Part shown: positions 9,928-18,693 of the stretch, in pieces | How the letters are laid out: every line of letters begins with the position of its first letter | Position numbering within the stretch: position 1 is the first letter of the stretch | From: a virus | Taxonomy: Duplodnaviria > Caudoviricetes | IMG/VR virus record: IMGVR_UViG_3300018719_000038 | Location: 1-62,664 of that record | DNA length: 62,664 bases | Reading direction: 5' to 3' (one strand) | The notes under the pieces: generated by a model | The model's input: the letters and a program-made list of their open reading frames with translations, nothing else | What the model was told of the DNA's origin: nothing | Database searches by the model: none | Made by a program: the position numbers and the translations under genes

Positions 9928-10140
9928 CTACCTCCCTCCCGCATTAATCCGGCGCATTCTGTTTTCGCGCTCAATTACTTTGCGCTCTTTCTCTTCTTCC
10001 TCAAATACGAGCAACATGGACGCGAACATAAACAACTGGTGACGCCGGTCCTTCGCGTAAACTTCGTCGGGCGGAATGTGGTGCCGCTGAAAAATCGCAT
10101 GCAAAAGAAACGGGACACCGCCCGCCCGAATTAGTTTTTT
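9928..10140 (-). other. Programmed -1 frameshift site A-AAA-AAC (10134-10140) and the extension of the tail chaperone
   Basis: GCA AAA AAC TAA; the -1 frame is open for 68 codons (LIRAGGVPFLLHAIFQRHHIPPDEVY...) to TAG at 9928. Confidence 0.85.
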
Positions 10141-10529
10141 GCGTCTTCAATCAACTCGTCCTCGTCGTCAAATCCCGAGAGTTTCATAATCGCGCCGAGC
10201 ACCTTTACGATTTCGCCAGGCAACAGCGCCTTTGTCACGCAGTCGGCCGCATCCGTCGCTCCGTAATGCGCAATCAGCGCCTTGTCCGAAAAGTCCGGAT
10301 CGACACAACCTTTCGCAATGACTGCCGCGTTCAGCAGTTGTCCGTCGATTTCCTTTTCGCCTTTACGCGTTGGGATCGTCGCTTGTTCGTGTGCCCGCGT
10401 TAATTCCGCCTGATCCAACGCCCTTACCGTAAAGTGCGTTTTGAGCCGTGGAATATAAACCGAATCCTGTACGTCAAGGGTCGCGCCGAGCAGCGCTTCA
10501 AGTCCGGTTTTTGTCGCTGTTTTCGCCAT
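10131..10529 (-). CDS. Tail assembly chaperone (XkdN-like), short form
   Basis: Between tail tube and tape measure; LLPGEI motif; ends ...DAKN* on a slippery site. Confidence 0.85.
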   Translation of the reverse strand: MAKTATKTGLEALLGATLDVQDSVYIPRLKTHFTVRALDQAELTRAHEQATIPTRKGEKEIDGQLLNAAVIAKGCVDPDFSDKALIAHYGATDAADCVTKALLPGEIVKVLGAIMKLSGFDDEDELIEDAKN

Positions 10530-10600
10530 AATTTATGTCATCCTCCGTTATTATCAAAATAAAAGCGGAGTCCGAAGACCCCGCGCTGTACCAGCGTTTA

Positions 10601-11050
10601 TTAGGTTGTCGGCCGGAGTTTGTCGAGAACTTCCGCGCCGGAAAATACGAATGTCAACTCCTGCTCAACGATTGATCCGACTTCAAAATTGATCAGCGGA
10701 ATCTTATCGAACGTAACGTTTTTCAAACGAACCCGGTACGCGCCAAACGATTCCGGATCGTCGAGCTTAACGACGAGCTCCGTCACGAACGGCGAGCTAA
10801 CGTCGTCCATAACTTGCATCGCCTTTTCGATAAACTCGGATGTCACGAGGTAACCGTTAAGCGAGCCGGCCCCTTTCAACGTTGTTACTTTATTCCCGAG
10901 CCAACGGGTGCCCGCAAGCTTGACCTCTTCGAGTCCGATTTCGATCGTTGCTTCGCAGCCGGTGATGTTCGTTAGCCAATTGCCGTCCTGGTCGAAGACT
11001 TGGCCGAAGTTGCCGTTAATAACCTTTCGCGAATCAAGTATCGCTGCCAT
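10601..11050 (-). CDS. Tail tube protein, XkdM-like
   Basis: KVINGNFG, KLDDPESFGAYRVRLKNVTFD motifs. Confidence 0.9.
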   Translation of the reverse strand: MAAILDSRKVINGNFGQVFDQDGNWLTNITGCEATIEIGLEEVKLAGTRWLGNKVTTLKGAGSLNGYLVTSEFIEKAMQVMDDVSSPFVTELVVKLDDPESFGAYRVRLKNVTFDKIPLINFEVGSIVEQELTFVFSGAEVLDKLRPTT

Positions 11051-11062
11051 CTAATCACCGCC

Positions 11063-12109
11063 TTAAATGTTGATTGTGAGGAAAATCCGTTCGATGCTGT
11101 CGACTTCCGTGTAGCTGATGAGTAAGAAAACCGCATCTCCCACGCTTGGGTTATCCGGGTCAAGCTCGACGATGGGGCCGCTCAGAACATCGTCCCGTTC
11201 GAGCGATTCCAAATACGCCTTAACCGCAACGATTAGCGTAGCCTGGCCGTCCGCGTTGTTGTTCAGTTTTCCGATGTAGTTGTCCGCGGCCGTCCGCGTG
11301 ATGTCCGTCGCGATCGCCTGCCGTGCGCGAATCGACCGGATTTTCTTGCCGGAAGTTACGAGCCCTTGCTCGATCTTCACCTTTTCGCCGTCGTGCGCAA
11401 ACACGAGCGAGCCAGCCTGCAGCGCGGCTTTAATCTGCGCATTTGTCAACCGCTTCGTTACGTCATCGGCCGGCACCGTTACGTAGGTCGTCGACCGGTT
11501 AATCGCCGTGCCTGCGATGAGGCCGGCGACCCAAGGCGCAAACTCGGACGAGTTATACGTTTCGGTTCCGATCGTCACGCCGGAAATCAGATTCACGATG
11601 TAGTCGTCCTTATTTAGCGTGGTTCGGGCGTTACCCTGTGCCGGGTCGGCGTCCGTCGTGTCGTCTCCGCCAATTACCGCGATAAAATGCTTGCCTTCCT
11701 TGCGGTTGTCTTCGACCCACGTCTTAGTCGCGGCCTGCTCCGTCGGGTCATACTCACCGTCAAATACGAAAACGTTGAATTGTCGCGTATCAAAGGCCGC
11801 ACGCATGTCAACGTAATCTTCCGCAACCGGGGTCGCTGGCATCGTGTAGACGAGAACCTCTTTTGCGCCGCCTTGAAGCGCGAACAGAACGGACTGAACA
11901 TTCGCAAGGCCGAACGCGTCGGCTGCTTCCTTTTCGGACTCGATCGTATAAAACGTCTTCGGCTGCGCGTTCGCGCCGTATGTTAACAGCGGTAACGCAA
12001 CAATGCCGCGAGCTCCGCCTCGAATTTGTGCCGCGGCCGCTTCAACAAAGTTGATGTATATGCCCGGCCGGACGGGTAGCGCGGTTGGTTCCCAAGAACC
12101 TCCTGCCAT
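11063..12109 (-). CDS. Tail sheath protein, XkdK-like (compact)
   Basis: MAGGSW..VRPGIYINF, RGIVALPL, YIGKLNNNADGQ motifs. Confidence 0.9.
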   Translation of the reverse strand: MAGGSWEPTALPVRPGIYINFVEAAAAQIRGGARGIVALPLLTYGANAQPKTFYTIESEKEAADAFGLANVQSVLFALQGGAKEVLVYTMPATPVAEDYVDMRAAFDTRQFNVFVFDGEYDPTEQAATKTWVEDNRKEGKHFIAVIGGDDTTDADPAQGNARTTLNKDDYIVNLISGVTIGTETYNSSEFAPWVAGLIAGTAINRSTTYVTVPADDVTKRLTNAQIKAALQAGSLVFAHDGEKVKIEQGLVTSGKKIRSIRARQAIATDITRTAADNYIGKLNNNADGQATLIVAVKAYLESLERDDVLSGPIVELDPDNPSVGDAVFLLISYTEVDSIERIFLTINI

Positions 12110-12160
12110 GTGAAAACCTCCTTCTGAAAATGAAAAAGCGCTCCGTGAGCGGAACGCCTT

Positions 12161-12583
12161 TTATCGTTGATTAACTGTTACTTTATTGATTTTCGGATAC
12201 TGCGCTTGGGTCCGGGCTTCCCTTACGGACGTTTCGAGTATTCCGATGCTCACATAAATTCCGTTCTCTGTTTTTGCCGGCTGCGAAAACGCAAACGACT
12301 CGACACGCATCCGTCCGATTGCGTCCGTCTCATAAAGCATACGGGCCAACGTATCCATTTTCGGGAGCACTTGCTCCGCCTTTGACGCGAAGTAAATGAT
12401 TTGATATTCACGATCAATCCGGTAATGGTAGCGCGTTTCCGTCTCGCGATCGTCGTTCAAAAAGCGGATGACGAACGAATTATGAACGGGAGCGGCCGGC
12501 ACTGTTTGTTTCGTCGTTGTAGCGTCCGGGAAGTGAGCCTTGATAAACGATTCAAGCGCGACAATATCTTCGATTAGCGCCAA
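12161..12583 (-). CDS. Tail terminator/completion protein
   Basis: Position between gp10-like gene and sheath; TTG start at 12583. Confidence 0.65.
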   Translation of the reverse strand: MALIEDIVALESFIKAHFPDATTTKQTVPAAPVHNSFVIRFLNDDRETETRYHYRIDREYQIIYFASKAEQVLPKMDTLARMLYETDAIGRMRVESFAFSQPAKTENGIYVSIGILETSVREARTQAQYPKINKVTVNQR

Positions 12584-12584
12584 A

Positions 12585-13013
12585 TTACCACCCCGCTCCT
12601 TCAAGACCGGACTTAATTTCGTCCTCAATCTGACGCCGCCACTTGCGCTCGTTCTTCTTCGCCGGCTCGTCGAGGAATTGTTTCACGGTCCCCGGCGTGC
12701 GCAGGTTTTTCCCACCCGCGTCTTCTTCGTGAATGTAGTAAGCGTAGTTGAAACGCTGGCCGCTTTTCGTTTTGACTACGGCGTTCGCACTAATTGACCC
12801 GGTCAGGTTCGCGCCGGTTCCTTCGATTTCCCCGACGGTAATTGTGCGGCGCAACGTCCCCTCGTCAATCGGAGCAACGTCGACGGCAGCTGCTTTCCAC
12901 GCGTCAAGAACATCATGCATGCCGAGGCGAGCCGCTTCCGCTGCAATTTCCGGAGATTTCGTGATAGTCAGATCAAACAACTTCGTAATATCAAAGTTAA
13001 GGGACACTTCCAT
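12585..13013 (-). CDS. HK97 gp10-like neck protein
   Basis: APIDEGTLRRTI and NYAYYIHE motifs. Confidence 0.8.
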   Translation of the reverse strand: MEVSLNFDITKLFDLTITKSPEIAAEAARLGMHDVLDAWKAAAVDVAPIDEGTLRRTITVGEIEGTGANLTGSISANAVVKTKSGQRFNYAYYIHEEDAGGKNLRTPGTVKQFLDEPAKKNERKWRRQIEDEIKSGLEGAGW

Positions 13014-13330
13014 TACACGAACACCTCCGTAATAAGCGGCTTTCCGTTGATGCCGCGCTTAACTTCGATGCTTTCCGGCCTTCTCGCGACAGTCACGCCC
13101 AATTCGTTCGTGTACGTTATGGCGTCGTCGTACGATACGTCCGGTAGTTTATCGAGGATAATGCGCAGGCTCGTCGTGGCCTCTTCGCCGTACTGGTTTG
13201 TTACGACGTTCGTTTCTTCGGAGACACGCGCCCTATATGTGAGGATTGCACCAGACTCATTTCCGCCCCATCCGTCGTCCTTGCCTGGCTTCGTAACGGT
13301 TACGGTCTGTTTGAGTGGGATAATCGCCAT
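13013..13330 (-). CDS. Head closure protein
   Basis: LKQTVTV..DDGWG, VTNQYGEE; synteny; ATG at 13330. Confidence 0.7.
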   Translation of the reverse strand: MAIIPLKQTVTVTKPGKDDGWGGNESGAILTYRARVSEETNVVTNQYGEEATTSLRIILDKLPDVSYDDAITYTNELGVTVARRPESIEVKRGINGKPLITEVFV

Positions 13331-13728
13331 TACAACGTCACCCACTTAACGCCGCGCTTCGAAATGGTTACGCCGTTTTCCGCGCCGATAATGTCGAGCG
13401 CCGCCTGTGGGATGAGTCTTCGCAAGTCGGCGTCCGGCCCCGTCACATATGCATCTTTAAAATCGAAGGAAGCCACGCCGTTTACGGAAAATCCCGTCAG
13501 TCCCTGGCGCGCCATCCGGTTCGTATCGTTAAATGCTATGGTGAGGATATTCGCGAACTCATACACCGCCTCGTCTGGAATCGTATATTTCGGATAGGCG
13601 CGGAGCAGGTTCTTTTCGGCGACGTTTAACATTCGTTGTTTTTTCGCCGTGTCCGCCTCCGTCCAGTCCTCAATATCGACGCAGTTCGCGGTAATATAAT
13701 GATCCGCAAGTATTACGTTTTGAGCCAT
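13330..13728 (-). CDS. Head-tail adaptor protein
   Basis: ADHYI..W..AD..KKQRMLNVA pattern; synteny. Confidence 0.7.
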   Translation of the reverse strand: MAQNVILADHYITANCVDIEDWTEADTAKKQRMLNVAEKNLLRAYPKYTIPDEAVYEFANILTIAFNDTNRMARQGLTGFSVNGVASFDFKDAYVTGPDADLRRLIPQAALDIIGAENGVTISKRGVKWVTL

Positions 13729-13742
13729 GCGCTCACCTCCGT

Positions 13743-13985
13743 TTATTTTCCGGAGGCGTTCGCGCCAGCTTTACGCGTTTTCGGCGCAGGCTTTACGGCG
13801 TCCTCTTCCGCCGCTGGCTCCGCGTCTTTTTTCGGCTCCTCCGGTTCATCTACACGCTTTACCCACGTCGGGACAAGCGCGTCCAATCGTTTAATTTCCG
13901 CTGCATCTTCCGTCTCATATCCCCCGTTCATGTCGAAGACGATATCACCGACGGAATAACGCGGACTCGCTAAATAATTCGCCAT
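13743..13985 (-). CDS. Small virion-associated hypothetical protein
   Basis: 80 aa, 'YETEDAAEIKRL' plus charged tail; follows capsid genes. Confidence 0.65.
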   Translation of the reverse strand: MANYLASPRYSVGDIVFDMNGGYETEDAAEIKRLDALVPTWVKRVDEPEEPKKDAEPAAEEDAVKPAPKTRKAGANASGK

Positions 13986-14446
13986 CAGCTTCCGGCCCCC
14001 TCAAGCGCGGTGATTCGGGCTGCCAGCTCCGAGAGAATACCTTGTACGTTAGTGGCCGTCCCCGGCGCGATTGCAGTCGCCGTAATCTGGCCGGCGTTGT
14101 GCGTATGGTTGCCGGCAGCCGCTGTACTGGCCGATGTTCCAAGCGCGAGACTGGACGTGCCAGCTCCGATTGCCGACCGAGCTGCTGCCGCATCCGCCGC
14201 GGTCATAACGCTCTTTCCCACCGACGAGGCGTCTGAAATCTGCGAGGCCGTATGCGTATGAGACGCTGGGGGAAACGACGTGGGCTTTCCGGTAATGTCC
14301 GCCCACGCAACCGTTGTCGGGCCGCCTCCACCGCCCGAACTTTCCAGTAACGACTGAATAATATCGCCGAGTCCGACGTCATACGCGGCCGGACTGATAA
14401 GGTTAAGCCGCTCTCTATCGCGGTCTGGTAACGCCAAATTGAGCAC
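13985..14446 (-). CDS. Head fiber/decoration protein
   Basis: WADITGKPTSFPPASHTH and AAAGNHTH fiber repeats, C-terminal coiled coil; immediately after major capsid gene. Confidence 0.7.
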   Translation of the reverse strand: MLNLALPDRDRERLNLISPAAYDVGLGDIIQSLLESSGGGGGPTTVAWADITGKPTSFPPASHTHTASQISDASSVGKSVMTAADAAAARSAIGAGTSSLALGTSASTAAAGNHTHNAGQITATAIAPGTATNVQGILSELAARITALEGAGS

Positions 14447-14487
14447 CTCCGTTAAAAAGTTAAGGGGCGACCGTAGCCGCCCGCGGA

Positions 14488-15606
14488 TTAGGATACCGAC
14501 GTGTTAATGTTTTCGAGGATCGCGATTTTCTCGCCGGCGTTCTTAACCGTTACGCCGTATTCGCCGCGAATTTGACGAGCCACGAAGTCAGCACCCGGTA
14601 CAGTCGCGTCAACGTCATGCAGAGCGCGGCCGCTAAGTGGGTTGATCGACAAGATGGAGCGGTCAAAGAGTGCGATCTTATTTTTAGGGAAGTTCGGATC
14701 AACTACGACGGTTGCAACAGACCCACCAACGATATCAGACACGAACGTCTGAATCTTGTGGCCGGTTACTTCGTCCGTACGTTCGGTACGGATTGTGTCG
14801 CTTGCAAACTTCGTAATTTGACGAGCACCGGCAGTGTTAGTCAGAATCGTATTAACGGACCCGCCGCGCAGATAGACGTCCTCGGCCAAGTCGTTCAGCA
14901 GTTTCGGAGTGATCTCCTTGCCCTCCGCGTTCTTCTTGGCGGCACCTTTCTTATCCGCAAAATACAGCAGGCCGCCAGTCGTCCGAGGCATACCCGGAGC
15001 ACCTTCGATACGACGGCCATAAATCAACCAATCGTTTTGTTCGCGGGCGATCTCCTTCAACCGGAGTTGTACCTGATAGTCCAACTCGTTCGTAACGTTG
15101 TATGTCCGGACATTTTGCTGCGTACCGGATACGGCTGCATACCGCTCGATGATTTGCGTAAAGTTGTGGTCAACCAAACGGTCGTGTCCTTCGTCAATAC
15201 CCGGCATAGCGCCCTCCAACTGCGGACGAGCTACGATGCGGATTTCGGCACCGGCGGCGATATCCGCGGCAGTCGTACCGTCATAGCCGCGCACTACGGT
15301 AATTACGTCGCCTGCAACGGCCGTAACGCGCAGGTACTCCTCGCCAGCCACCGCGATAGCATTAACGCGGAACTTGAGGCCGTCGCCGTCATTAACCGTA
15401 ATGGTCGTTGCCGCTGCTGTTGCGGCCGCCTTTGCGGTTGCGCGGTTAGAGTTGAGGTTGTCGGACATCCATTCAAATTTCGTTTGATACAGCGGCGTAT
15501 TTCCGATACCTACGAGGCCGAGCAGCGTCGGCGCGTCGTTGATAATGAGCGAAATGCCCGCTTCAAGCTGGCGGACTTGGTCCTGAAAGTCGTAAGATTT
15601 AAGCAT
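14488..15606 (-). CDS. Major capsid protein (DUF5309/SU10-like)
   Basis: 372 aa after scaffold; FEWMSD, NFTQII..AVSGT, PRTTGGL, GEYGVTVKN motifs. Confidence 0.88.
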   Translation of the reverse strand: MLKSYDFQDQVRQLEAGISLIINDAPTLLGLVGIGNTPLYQTKFEWMSDNLNSNRATAKAAATAAATTITVNDGDGLKFRVNAIAVAGEEYLRVTAVAGDVITVVRGYDGTTAADIAAGAEIRIVARPQLEGAMPGIDEGHDRLVDHNFTQIIERYAAVSGTQQNVRTYNVTNELDYQVQLRLKEIAREQNDWLIYGRRIEGAPGMPRTTGGLLYFADKKGAAKKNAEGKEITPKLLNDLAEDVYLRGGSVNTILTNTAGARQITKFASDTIRTERTDEVTGHKIQTFVSDIVGGSVATVVVDPNFPKNKIALFDRSILSINPLSGRALHDVDATVPGADFVARQIRGEYGVTVKNAGEKIAILENINTSVS

Positions 15607-15670
15607 TAATTATTTCCTCCTCGGGTTTTTGTGCAAAACAAAAAGGCCCTGGATTATCCAGAGCCTTCGC

Positions 15671-16372
15671 TTATTTTTTGAGTAGCTTATTTGATAGTTC
15701 GATTACCTTCGAAAAATCCCTTGCCTTTTTGGCTTCGGCCAATTGAGCCTCTAACGTTTTACGTTCGTCGTCGTCGCCGGGGTCCGGGTCACTGCCTCCG
15801 ATGGACTTCGGCTTTGTTTGCGCTGGTAAATAAGGATGCTCGGCAACCAACGCCTCAACAGCTTCCTTCGCGCCGACCACGTTACCTTCGTCGTCAACCG
15901 TAACTCCGGACAAATCCGCAAGTTTGAGCGCAGCGGCCAACCGATCCGCCGGAATATTAGCGTCGCGAGCGAGGGCCTTAAACTCTGCATTAATCAGGCG
16001 CTGGTTTGCGGCCGTTAATGCGGACGTCTTCGCCTTTTCCGCTTCCTCCGCCTTATTCCGCGCCTCTTCCAATTCCGCGGCCAGACGTTCAGCTTCGGAC
16101 AGCTCCGCTTTCTTTCGCTCGGCCTCCGCCAGTTCCAGCGCTTCAAGCTTCGCTTTGATATCGTCGTAATCTGCGTAAGGCTTTTTTGCCCGCGCCTTCT
16201 CGCGGCTAATAAGCGCGTCGAGTTCTTCCTGCGTCATCGTAACGGTACGCTTATCCGGTTCTCCGCCGGAACCTTCGCCATCACCGCCTGCTCCCGGGTC
16301 ATCTCCGCCCTCACCTTCCGCAAAAAGCTGCAGATTCAACGGATATCTAAAACGAGTCATTTCGTTTTTCAT
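15671..16372 (-). CDS. Capsid scaffolding protein
   Basis: YPLNLQLFAEG N-terminal motif (Prp-type cleavage motif), TQEELD, YADYDDIK coiled coil. Confidence 0.88.
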   Translation of the reverse strand: MKNEMTRFRYPLNLQLFAEGEGGDDPGAGGDGEGSGGEPDKRTVTMTQEELDALISREKARAKKPYADYDDIKAKLEALELAEAERKKAELSEAERLAAELEEARNKAEEAEKAKTSALTAANQRLINAEFKALARDANIPADRLAAALKLADLSGVTVDDEGNVVGAKEAVEALVAEHPYLPAQTKPKSIGGSDPDPGDDDERKTLEAQLAEAKKARDFSKVIELSNKLLKK

Positions 16373-16461
16373 TACGTTCCTCCACCGTTTAAAGCCCGTC
16401 GGCTATTAATGGCCGTTGCAGTTTAACGTCATAAACGTTCGGACGGGCGGCTAGTCCGCCA

Positions 16462-17235
16462 TTATGCCGCGATGAGTTCCGGCGTTGTTACGCATTCCGG
16501 AATCGTGCGACGAATTCGTTCTATCATATCGATACAGGCGTGCGACCTGCGGTTACGGTCGTAGTATCCGTGAACATAGTTTGCGAAAACCTCAAACTTA
16601 CGGTCTAATCGCAATGATCGCGGCGTGTCCGCGTACATAAAAAAGCACCAACGCAAAGCGTCGGCGTTCGATTTAGTGGTAAGAGTATACATCGGACTTT
16701 TACGACCCGACTTACCGGCACGGTGTTCCTTCAACGTCGTGTTGATGCCTCTCTTTTGGAACTCCACTTGCATGTCCTCAAAGAAACTTTTTGTTGCGCC
16801 ACAGATTAAAAGTTGAAGATCGTTCCACTGTTTCCCGTGTTTTATATTTCCGTCTCCCTCGAAAACTCCGCGAGTGAAGTCCCAAAACAGCGACTCCGGA
16901 ATATTTGGAACGGTCGTATTGAATGTCTTATTACTTCTTGCCATTCCGCATGCAAACAAGTCTTCTGCCATTTCCTTACGGCACACTCGTAAATACGCAA
17001 AGTGCCTACCGTCATCTTGTGTCCCTTTAAATACAGGACCGGTAAACCGCATGGCCCTCTTGATCTTTTCAAGCGCGTCGATATCGTGGGATTTAAGCAT
17101 AAGACGAATCTGCCCACTCTTTTCATTTACGGAACCGTCAGTGAGCAACCACCCAAACACCCACGCGCTTTCCCTAGTCCATGTCTTAAAAAAGTCTTCA
17201 TTGACACTGTGAACTTTCCTAACTAAATCGCCCAA
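16462..17235 (-). CDS. Free-standing two-motif LAGLIDADG homing endonuclease
   Basis: SAWVFGWLLTDGSV and WDFTRGVFEGDGNI motifs; C-terminal LDRK. Confidence 0.88.
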   Translation of the reverse strand: MGDLVRKVHSVNEDFFKTWTRESAWVFGWLLTDGSVNEKSGQIRLMLKSHDIDALEKIKRAMRFTGPVFKGTQDDGRHFAYLRVCRKEMAEDLFACGMARSNKTFNTTVPNIPESLFWDFTRGVFEGDGNIKHGKQWNDLQLLICGATKSFFEDMQVEFQKRGINTTLKEHRAGKSGRKSPMYTLTTKSNADALRWCFFMYADTPRSLRLDRKFEVFANYVHGYYDRNRRSHACIDMIERIRRTIPECVTTPELIAA

Positions 17236-17339
17236 TTAACCAAACCCCTTAAAGTTCGATTCCTTGAGAAGATGCCGCGCAGGGCGCCAAGGTCGCGCCT
17301 TTTCGGTGATCAGCCTATCGCGGCCAAAATAAAAACGCC

Positions 17340-18386
17340 TCAATCGGCGTCTAAAAGTTTTGGATCACGTATTGGAGAAATTACGTGGCGACAATTTGGC
17401 CCACGCTGTTATCTCCGGTTTCCCGGAGTGTCGGACTATCCCATAACCTCGAAAGGCTCCGCTATTATAGTCTCTGCACGTCCCTGTCTCTTTGGGATTG
17501 CGATGTACGCGGACAGGTTTCGCTCACGGTTGCCGTAGCGCAAATACGCCGTAGGGTTCCCTGAATTTAAGCGGTTATTCGATGCGAGTCACCTCGCAAA
17601 GCCACCCGTTTGTCGATGGAATATTTCTCGGCGCGGCAAATCACCGAAATACGGATAATCGCCCGGGGCATCGCGTACCAATTTGACGATGCGTCCTTCC
17701 CAGTTTCGGCAGGCGTCCGTAGCTCCGTGGCGCGATATCCGACCGTAATAAGCGCGCCGACCAATAGCTTCGTTTACCGTCGCTTCCCGGTGTGACTCCG
17801 CCATCTTCGTCCGCGTAACCATTTCTACGTAGACTTCCGGCTTCCAACGTCGGCCGGCCGCGTCAATAATTCCGGTATTTACGGAGTCGCCGAGCTTTTT
17901 CCGTAATCCGGCGAGGATATCCGCGCTAATCGTCCGTCGGCCGTTCACGCCTTTCGTAAGATTGGCGCGCATGGATTCCGCGGTTACTTGCCGGACCACC
18001 GTCCGGACGCGCCGCTCTATGTTTTTGGTGACCGCCAGCAAATCCGCTTGAGTATCCGCTACGGCCGCCGCGACGAGTTCCCGGTTGATCTTCGTAAATT
18101 TGACGAGCTTTTCCGCGTCCTTAACGTCCAGCGACACAAGCGCAGTCAGCACACCATCGCGGACAGCCTGCGGAATGTTCTTCGCGACCCAGGCCGCCGA
18201 CTCTTCGTCAAGTGATGCGAGTATTTTCGTTACCTCAATGAGTGCGGCCGCCGAGTTTGCCCGGGACATGTTCGCGATGTCAATGCGGTCGAGTTCGGCA
18301 AGGATCACAGCAATTGCCTTTTTATACGCGCGGACCAGGCGGCCGATTTCATAATCGTAATTAGGTTCCGGGATTTTAGCGGGCAT
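17340..18386 (-). CDS. Minor capsid protein, spliced (exon 1 18386-17616, exon 2 17399-17340)
   Basis: Exon 1 ends ...REIFH; exon 2 reads PNCRHVISPIRDPKLLDAD*, restoring the conserved FHPNCRH motif. Confidence 0.9.
17400..17615 (-). ncRNA. Group I self-splicing intron, 216 nt, no internal ORF
   Basis: 5' exon ends in U paired with G of IGS GGUGG; terminal G; P (AAAUUCAGGGAA), Q (GCAACCGUGAGC), R (GCAGAGACUAUA), S (GGGAUAGUCC); P3 CCGCU/AGCGG, P7 GACUA/UAGUC, P2 GUGA, P8 UUCG and P9 GAAA loops. Confidence 0.93.
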
Positions 18387-18693
18387 ATGTCGCTACCGCT
18401 TCGTACGTCGCCGCAAAGATGTCAGGCTTGCACGGATACCGCTCTCCGGCCACTCCGGTTATGATCCAGTCACCGGGCGAAATTTCGTGGAACCCTTCAA
18501 GCGTTTTTATTGCTGGCTTTTGGATGCACTTGGGGATAGGGCCGTTCTTATCAAAGTAACCGATAAAGTTACCTGTAACAGCCTTGCCGGAGGTTCCAAC
18601 GGCGATTGCATAGCATGCATACCCGTCCTCCATTCCCGGCGCGTACAATACCGCATCGATAACCACCGGCTTCTTGCGATATTTGGGCATCAC
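18376..18693 (-). CDS. Hypothetical phage protein
   Basis: KYRKKPVVIDAV..IKTLEG..PGDWIITGVAGERYPCKPDIF, a common phage family. Confidence 0.8.
   Translation of the reverse strand: MMPKYRKKPVVIDAVLYAPGMEDGYACYAIAVGTSGKAVTGNFIGYFDKNGPIPKCIQKPAIKTLEGFHEISPGDWIITGVAGERYPCKPDIFAATYEAVATYAR

Noticed and set aside
14572-15609. Long plus-strand ORF (345 aa) and similar antisense ORFs
   Set aside because: Shadow frames of well-supported minus-strand genes; no RBS or motifs.
16462-17235. LAGLIDADG ORF as intron-encoded or part of an intein
   Set aside because: The intron's terminal G and exon 2 lie upstream (17400/17399-17340), and the ORF has no intein splicing ends.
17274-17326. Hammerhead ribozyme
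   Set aside because: The core reads CUGAUCA rather than CUGANGA and there is no stem II; kept only as a structured leader.
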